Source: Chryseobacterium sp. (GTDB lineage: Bacteria > Bacteroidota > Bacteroidia > Flavobacteriales > Weeksellaceae). Taken from it: a DNA stretch of 64,000 nucleotides. Within the stretch, counting starts at the first letter, position 1. The number at the start of each line of letters is the position of its first letter. The notes under the pieces were generated by a model. The model ran no database searches. It was not told the DNA's origin and was given only the letters and a program-made list of their open reading frames with translations. Of the stretch, positions 17,998-23,510 are shown one piece after another. The translations under genes and the position numbers were made by a program. The stretch is from positions 4,993 to 68,992 of the forward strand of contig QFQW01000006.1 in NCBI GenBank assembly GCA_003248755.1, in the 5' to 3' direction.

Positions 17998-18856
17998 CTA
18001 ATTCTTTTTGAACATCTTGGATATATATATCATCAAAAACCACTTGGTAATTATCATTATTTTTTATTCCATTTTTTATTAAATCGAATGCCTGATTGAT
18101 ATTGTCTCGATAATCATTAAAACGATTCATTTTTTTAAGAAGGAGTGCTTTGTAGTAATAGTTATCTGCTATTTTTGTAATACTATTTGCGAGATCGTAG
18201 TGTTTTAAAGCTTCCTCATTTTTTCCTAATTTATCCAGACATCTGGCTTTATATAATGCTACTTGGTATGGGAAAAAATTGTTCTCTCGGGTTGCTTCGT
18301 AAGTTTCTTTTATATTACGGTCAAACTCTTGTATCGCTTTTTCATATTGTTTGAGTTGCATATAATTAATCCCTTTCAAATAATGAAAATTATCGCCATT
18401 GGCTACCAAATTTGGCTGATGCTGCATGTGAGTTTCATATAGCTCTAATTTTTCTAAAGATTTTTTATAATCATGGTAAAAAAACAAAAGAACCCAGCCA
18501 TAATAGGCATTTGTAGCTGGATCTATTTTTGAGGCTTCATCCAATTTTTCAATCGCTTGAACCCAATAGCCATTTTTAGTATTTTGTACGGAAGAATGTC
18601 TTATCATCTCAGGTTTTATATTCTTGATATTATGAATTCCGTATTGCATCATTTCTTCGCCAATATCATCCATTCCGAAATAGCTTGACCAATATCCAAT
18701 TTCAAATATCTTTTCAGGAGATTTAATATCGATTGTGTCATTATATTTTTTGGAAATTTGGGCTAATCTATCAACTGCTTTTGGGGAAAGTTTCTGAGCA
18801 TTTGATAGAATATAAATTCCCAAAAAGAATAATACCGTTGCAATTTTTTTTATCAT
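17969..18856 (-). CDS. Secreted/periplasmic TPR-repeat protein
   Basis: Signal peptide (MIKKIATVLFFLGIYILSNAQ). TPR-like helical repeats (YLKGINYMQLKQYEKAIQEFDRNI; ALYKARCLDKLGKNEEALKHYDLA; YYKALLLKKMNRFNDY). The 3' end overlaps the ABC gene start by 29 nt. Confidence 0.6.
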   Translation of the reverse strand: MIKKIATVLFFLGIYILSNAQKLSPKAVDRLAQISKKYNDTIDIKSPEKIFEIGYWSSYFGMDDIGEEMMQYGIHNIKNIKPEMIRHSSVQNTKNGYWVQAIEKLDEASKIDPATNAYYGWVLLFFYHDYKKSLEKLELYETHMQHQPNLVANGDNFHYLKGINYMQLKQYEKAIQEFDRNIKETYEATRENNFFPYQVALYKARCLDKLGKNEEALKHYDLANSITKIADNYYYKALLLKKMNRFNDYRDNINQAFDLIKNGIKNNDNYQVVFDDIYIQDVQKELDEINFKNKK

Positions 18857-18866
18857 TTAATTGATT

Positions 18867-19325
18867 TTATTTGGGTAGAATGTCAGTAATCTCGCCATTT
18901 TGTATTTTAAAAATATAATACTGGTGAAAGTTTTGTATTGCTTGATTTTCTGCAATAGGTTTCCATATTTTCAAAGATTTCACAAGATTCAAAATGTCTT
19001 GTTTTATTTTATCATTTAGTTCACAGTATTTATAATCAAACCCGAAACTTTCGAGAGAGTAATTTCCGGTTTCTCCTTTACAATTGACCCAGAAAGTAAT
19101 ATGCAAGATTCCGGTATTATTTTCTAAATGAGAATAGTCTTCTGCGTGATATTTTGCCTTAAAAATTGATTTTACCGCATAAAAATCTGGAACATAATTT
19201 CCTGAATTTTGCAGATAATAATATGGATATACTTTTTTATCCCCACATAACTGTAGATCTTGGCTTTGTTGACCAAAACTTTTTAAGCTAATTAAAAAGA
19301 ACAAGAAAATTATACTTCTAAACAT
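18867..19325 (-). CDS. Secreted hypothetical protein (152 aa)
   Basis: Signal peptide MFRSIIFLFFLISLKSFGQ. The central GILHITFWVNCKGETGNYSLE block is vaguely TonB-C/beta-sandwich-like. Overlaps the upstream gene by 16 nt and lies 10 nt from the next gene. Confidence 0.5.
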   Translation of the reverse strand: MFRSIIFLFFLISLKSFGQQSQDLQLCGDKKVYPYYYLQNSGNYVPDFYAVKSIFKAKYHAEDYSHLENNTGILHITFWVNCKGETGNYSLESFGFDYKYCELNDKIKQDILNLVKSLKIWKPIAENQAIQNFHQYYIFKIQNGEITDILPK

Positions 19326-20497
19326 TGTGGATTATTTTTCAGAAAAGTAGAAAAATTAAAATTATAAGTTTGATTTTCCATGTTAAAATTTTCTACAATT
19401 GGATAGTATTTGTTATATATTTCAATCCACTTGTCTTTTATTTTGTAAAATATTTCCAATCCAATCTCTGTGAAAATATCTTTTGATCTGTTATTTACAA
19501 ATGAAATATCTCTAGGAATTCTATTAAAAAGCTCTGATACAGGAATAGACGTATAAAACAATTGTAGATCATAATGACATCTTTGAATATAAAGCAATAT
19601 TCTTCCAAGGGCCTCTAATCTTTGTATTTCAGAAAAATCATTGTTTTCCAAAGATGCGTCTAAACATATAAAACTTGCATAATATGTATATAAAGCATGA
19701 AACCAAATCTCAACGCTCCTGTTTTGTTCAGTTTTATATGGCATAGCCAAACTCTGTATTGTTGTATTCTCATCATCTATCAGGAAAAAAAGTTTTTTAT
19801 CAAAAAGCATCGTATACATTAAGACATGACCAGTCTGATGCGCTATGTCATCTACAAAAAAAACTTCGTCATAATTTTCTTGATAAGCATTATAAAAAGA
19901 AATCCCAAGAGCTTTTTTATATGCAAAAGAATTTGTGTTGTATGGTAAAGTATCAAAGACAATGCATTTTGGACAATATTTATCTATCAATACAAAATAT
20001 TCAGGCAGATTTTTTTTGATTAATTGATAAGCTCTTGTTAAATGATGTATATTTTCTTTACTGATTTTGGAAATTTCATACTCATATTCACCAAAACATT
20101 GATCCAGTAATTTGTCTTTGTAAACTAATAGTTCAATATTAGTATCTTCTATAATTGTAGGGTGCTCCGTAATTGTTTCAATATCATTACGCCGGTTATA
20201 TTTGTGGTTGTCTATCCATCCAATGTTTCTGATATATGTTTTTTCAAAATTACTCGTGACTATTTTCTTATTGCCAGTCCAATCTGCATACAGAATAGTT
20301 TCTATCAAATCTGGATCTTTTGTAATATTATCATTGTTGCTAAAATACAGGTTGATAAAAGGATTTGAATAAATAGATTCATCCTCAAAATCTATATGAT
20401 CAAAAATATCTTCATTATTTTTATATAATAGCATTTTTATATTGTCATTCCATTCTTGACGTCCTTGTTCTAATAAAGGAAGAATTGTTGGTAACAT
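19310..20497 (-). CDS. Orphan 395-aa cytoplasmic protein with an H-x3-H motif; candidate peptide-modifying enzyme
   Basis: No signal peptide. DDIAHQTGHVLMY (H220/H224, nt 19826-19840) plus WFHALY (H267). It is the first gene after the precursor peptide. Confidence 0.5.
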   Translation of the reverse strand: MLPTILPLLEQGRQEWNDNIKMLLYKNNEDIFDHIDFEDESIYSNPFINLYFSNNDNITKDPDLIETILYADWTGNKKIVTSNFEKTYIRNIGWIDNHKYNRRNDIETITEHPTIIEDTNIELLVYKDKLLDQCFGEYEYEISKISKENIHHLTRAYQLIKKNLPEYFVLIDKYCPKCIVFDTLPYNTNSFAYKKALGISFYNAYQENYDEVFFVDDIAHQTGHVLMYTMLFDKKLFFLIDDENTTIQSLAMPYKTEQNRSVEIWFHALYTYYASFICLDASLENNDFSEIQRLEALGRILLYIQRCHYDLQLFYTSIPVSELFNRIPRDISFVNNRSKDIFTEIGLEIFYKIKDKWIEIYNKYYPIVENFNMENQTYNFNFSTFLKNNPQCLEV

Positions 20498-20520
20498 TTA
20501 TTATTTGTGTTTTTAGTTTA

Positions 20521-20553
20521 TAAAAAGAGAGAGAGAAATAATCCTCTCTCTCA
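20521..20553 (-). terminator. Intrinsic terminator / attenuator between the precursor peptide and the downstream genes
   Basis: The minus strand reads gagagagag-gattattt-ctctctctc-ttttta. It begins 8 nt after the peptide stop and ends about 24 nt before the next ATG. Confidence 0.6.
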
Positions 20554-20559
20554 AAATTA

Positions 20560-20706
20560 TTATAGTGAAGTAGATGCGCTACAAGAATTATCACCAGGAT
20601 GACAATCTTGAGCTGGAGTTTTTCCTCCTACAACTTGCGTTAATAATGTAGTTACTTCTGTAACGTTCGCTTTCTTTTTGAAAGATTCTAAATTTAATTT
20701 TTTCAT
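20560..20706 (-). CDS. 48-aa double-glycine-leader precursor peptide (bacteriocin/RiPP-like)
   Basis: MKKLNLESFKKKANVTEVTTLLTQVVGG | KTPAQDCHPGDNSCSASTSL. The MKKLxLE start and the hydrophobic -4/-7 positions before GG fit C39 substrates. Lies in the same operon as the C39 ABC exporter. Start set at the internal ATG 20706. Confidence 0.65.
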   Translation of the reverse strand: MKKLNLESFKKKANVTEVTTLLTQVVGGKTPAQDCHPGDNSCSASTSL

Positions 20707-20827
20707 TTTGATAATTTTAAATATTTTGCCTACTCTTTTATGATGCTTTTCGGCGTTCGCATTTTTTGATTGCAATCGTATATAAAAACCTAAAATATTT
20801 GCAACTATTTTTTGGTTTTGACATTCC

Positions 20828-22984
20828 TTATAATGAATTATTTCCTTCTTCGACTCTTCCTTTATCAGATTCCTGTTTGTTGGTTTCTTTACTTTTTTTG
20901 TTGCCGAAAGATTTTGATATAGATAAGGTTATACTTCTTATGTCTCTTCTGTTATTTCTATAAATCTCTCCGATATTAGAGTAATTTACAGTTTTCCAAG
21001 TCAAAAAATTAAAAGGATCTGTTGTTTCTAATCTAATTTTAACCCCTTGTTTATCAAAATTTCTTGATAAACTGAATGTAAATCTATTTGAGGCTTCTGT
21101 CAATTTATAATTAACTAAAGAAAAATTATTGTAAAAAGAAAAATATGCCTCAGAATTAATACCAGTATTCAGGATGTTTTTATAATAAACTTTCAAATCA
21201 AAATTACTAAACGTTGAGTTTGGAACATTCAAATCATTTTTTCTATTAATCTCAGAATTGTCATTAAAAGTAAATGAAGGATTAAAATTCACACTTAATT
21301 TATCCTTAATTATTGATTTATTTATGTTTAGACCTACAAAAAACTGGTAATTATTCCCTCTGTAATTTATTGTTTGGATTACTAGTTGATTATTTTGATA
21401 ATAGTATGAGGATCTCATCACATCATTATTTATCTTGTATGCAAGTGTCAGATTATAATTTTTTCTAAAAGAATAATTTAATCTATAGATTTCTTGTTTA
21501 TAAACCCCTAGGCTTGGGTTTCCTTTATGAATGTAATTATCATTAATGTAATAAATGAAAGGGTTTATTTCGTTTGCATAAGGTCTTATAATTGATTTTT
21601 TATAACTTAAGGCAATTGTGTTTTTGTCATTTGCTTTGTATGATACTATTATGGTAGGGAGCCAATTGTTGTAATCCATTTTATTCACTTCATCAGTTAA
21701 TATTTGAATGCCGTCGATATTTGTAAATTCACTCCTTAATCCAGCTTTAATAGTTAGTTTTTTAAAATATGTTTTGCTAATTGTTGTGTAAATTCCCAAT
21801 ATATTTTCTTTATACTTAAAAATATTGGTCAAATTACTATTTGGAATATATTCCATACCATTCCAAGAATTAACATAATAAGGGCTATGTTGACTTAAAA
21901 AATTATTTTTAAATCCTGTTTCTATAGAGTATCCAGAGTTTCCTAATGATTGAGAATAATCAACCTTAAGAGAATAATTTCTTCTTTCTTCATTAATAGA
22001 ATTATTGTAAGCATTTATAAGTGTGTTGTCATAGGAATTATAATTACCATCTCCATTACTTTTTCTATATACCCAGTCTAAATTAATTTCTAAATTTCGA
22101 TTAGATTTTTTGCCTTGAAATTTGTAAAAAAGATTATTAGAAAATAACACGTTTTTATAATTATCATCTTGATTCGTAAAATATTCGTGGGAATTATCTG
22201 AATAGTTTTTACTGAATAAAAAAGTTTTAGGATTTGAATAATTCAATTCTAAAATCCCGCCAATACTATTTTCAGGATTAATCTCATATTCAAAAGAATT
22301 ATTAATACCTATATAATATTCTTCAGTTTTTCTATCTGTATCAATGTATTGTTCCTCAAGAGCATTATAAATCTTATTAATATTATATTCGTAGGATTTT
22401 CTTCTATCAACCCCGATGTCAAAAGTTGAACTTTGGCTATATCTACTACGATGATAATTAAGATATGCCATAATCTCTTGACTATTTTTCCTTGTCTGTT
22501 TATCTGTAAATGAAATACTACCTTTCCAGCCGTCATCTTCCATTTTCTTCAAAATCAAATCAATCACGGCGCCATCATTTGCATCATATTTTGAAGAAGG
22601 CGTTGTGATAATTTCTATTTTTATCAGATTATCTGCCGGCATAGATTTCAGGTAGCCATACAAATCTTTGCCAAGTAATATAGATTTCCTGCCATTAATA
22701 TAAACTACAGCTGTTTGAAATCCCATTACACTTATACCATTGTCGTCATCTACCATCAATAATGGTGTCTGCTGAAGTACATTCCAAGCATTATTACCAA
22801 TAACCAAACCCGTATTTTCTACATTAAAAACGAACCTGTCAGATTTAGTCTCCAAAACCGGTTTCTTACCAGTAATGACTACTTCTTGGATTTGTTTTTC
22901 CGCAATTATTTTCAAAGAGTCATGCTTTTGGGCAAAAGCATTCCCAATGATAAAAATGAATACTAGATATTTAATCTTTTTCAT
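20828..22984 (-). CDS. TonB-dependent-receptor-like outer-membrane beta-barrel protein, paralog 4
   Basis: Signal peptide and plug block NLIKIEIITTPSSKYDANDGAVIDLILKK. Same architecture and basic C-terminal tail as 5141-7264 and 7329-9431, but with a much more Asn/Ile/Tyr-rich (AT-rich) composition. Confidence 0.7.
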   Translation of the reverse strand: MKKIKYLVFIFIIGNAFAQKHDSLKIIAEKQIQEVVITGKKPVLETKSDRFVFNVENTGLVIGNNAWNVLQQTPLLMVDDDNGISVMGFQTAVVYINGRKSILLGKDLYGYLKSMPADNLIKIEIITTPSSKYDANDGAVIDLILKKMEDDGWKGSISFTDKQTRKNSQEIMAYLNYHRSRYSQSSTFDIGVDRRKSYEYNINKIYNALEEQYIDTDRKTEEYYIGINNSFEYEINPENSIGGILELNYSNPKTFLFSKNYSDNSHEYFTNQDDNYKNVLFSNNLFYKFQGKKSNRNLEINLDWVYRKSNGDGNYNSYDNTLINAYNNSINEERRNYSLKVDYSQSLGNSGYSIETGFKNNFLSQHSPYYVNSWNGMEYIPNSNLTNIFKYKENILGIYTTISKTYFKKLTIKAGLRSEFTNIDGIQILTDEVNKMDYNNWLPTIIVSYKANDKNTIALSYKKSIIRPYANEINPFIYYINDNYIHKGNPSLGVYKQEIYRLNYSFRKNYNLTLAYKINNDVMRSSYYYQNNQLVIQTINYRGNNYQFFVGLNINKSIIKDKLSVNFNPSFTFNDNSEINRKNDLNVPNSTFSNFDLKVYYKNILNTGINSEAYFSFYNNFSLVNYKLTEASNRFTFSLSRNFDKQGVKIRLETTDPFNFLTWKTVNYSNIGEIYRNNRRDIRSITLSISKSFGNKKSKETNKQESDKGRVEEGNNSL

Positions 22985-23078
22985 TCTTTATTTGAATGGG
23001 TTTTTAATTTTATGAATCGAGAATTGGGTAGAATAATTACTAAAGTTTCTAGCAATTATTTATTAGGATTTGAAACCG

Positions 23079-23285
23079 TTATTTTCTTGGAGGAGACTTG
23101 GGATCGTCTTCTAATATAGACTGAGGTATTTCTGAATTTGGCTGTATAGTATCCGAAATAATAGATTTACGATCTTTAGAAGTAGGGTAATAATTTGATT
23201 GAATTTCTTCAGAGCTGAAACTTTCGTTTCTACATCCTATTAGAATTAGAAATAATAGTAATAAAATTACTTTTGATATTTTCAT
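23079..23285 (-). CDS. Small lipoprotein (68 aa)
   Basis: MKISKVILLLLFLILIGC lipobox followed by a Ser/Pro/Asp-rich mature part. Lies directly downstream of a good TAnnTTTG promoter match. Confidence 0.45.
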   Translation of the reverse strand: MKISKVILLLLFLILIGCRNESFSSEEIQSNYYPTSKDRKSIISDTIQPNSEIPQSILEDDPKSPPRK

Positions 23286-23301
23286 CGGTTTGTATTTTTG
23301 C

Positions 23302-23332
23302 CAAAACTATATAAGTAATAAGTTCAATCCAA
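23302..23332 (-). promoter_or_regulatory. Candidate promoter for the minus-strand lipoprotein / OM-receptor / peptide operon
   Basis: On the minus strand: TTG (23332-23330), 20-nt spacer, then TAGTTTTG (23309-23302), a perfect TAnnTTTG match. It lies 17 nt upstream of ATG 23285. No equally good box occurs directly upstream of 22984 or 20706. Confidence 0.35.
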
Positions 23333-23462
23333 ATTATAAATTTTCAAAACAGTTATTAACTTAAAAAAAATAAATACTTGCAAAGAAAATATTGATACAT
23401 ACAAAAAAATTATTTGTAAAAAAATAAATCGACATTTGTAATTAGTTGATTATAAATGCTAA

Positions 23463-23493
23463 TTGGCATTGACTGGAATTTTCCTTAAATTTG
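23463..23493 (+). promoter_or_regulatory. Candidate promoter of the TPR/AraC regulator gene
   Basis: TTG (23463-23465), 20-nt spacer, then TAAATTTG (23486-23493), 17 nt upstream of ATG 23511. Confidence 0.35.
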
Positions 23494-23510
23494 TTTTTCT
23501 AAACACACAA

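Noticed and set aside
20527-20552. The (GA)n / (CT)n tracts as a microsatellite or phase-variation repeat.
   Set aside because: The two tracts are mutually complementary, separated by an 8-nt loop and followed by a T-run on the coding strand. They are better explained as a terminator stem.
20560-20706. Calling the peptide a lanthipeptide, because its core is Ser/Thr-rich with two Cys.
   Set aside because: I could recognise no LanB/LanC/LanM/LanKC/LanL-like protein (no dehydratase or zinc-cyclase motifs) anywhere in the window. The composition alone is insufficient.
20707-20775. A 23-codon extension of the precursor peptide ORF (MQSKNANAEKHHKRVGKIFKIIK).
   Set aside because: GG leaders are typically 15-30 aa and often begin MKKLxxxE. 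The extension would make a 51-aa leader. Its basic, low-complexity sequence looks like translated AT-rich promoter or UTR DNA. This call remains uncertain.
23463-23510. A TTG-initiated 16-codon extension of the TPR/AraC regulator ORF.
   Set aside because: The extension covers the predicted TTG-N20-TAAATTTG promoter. ATG 23511 starts a normal hydrophobic signal/anchor sequence.
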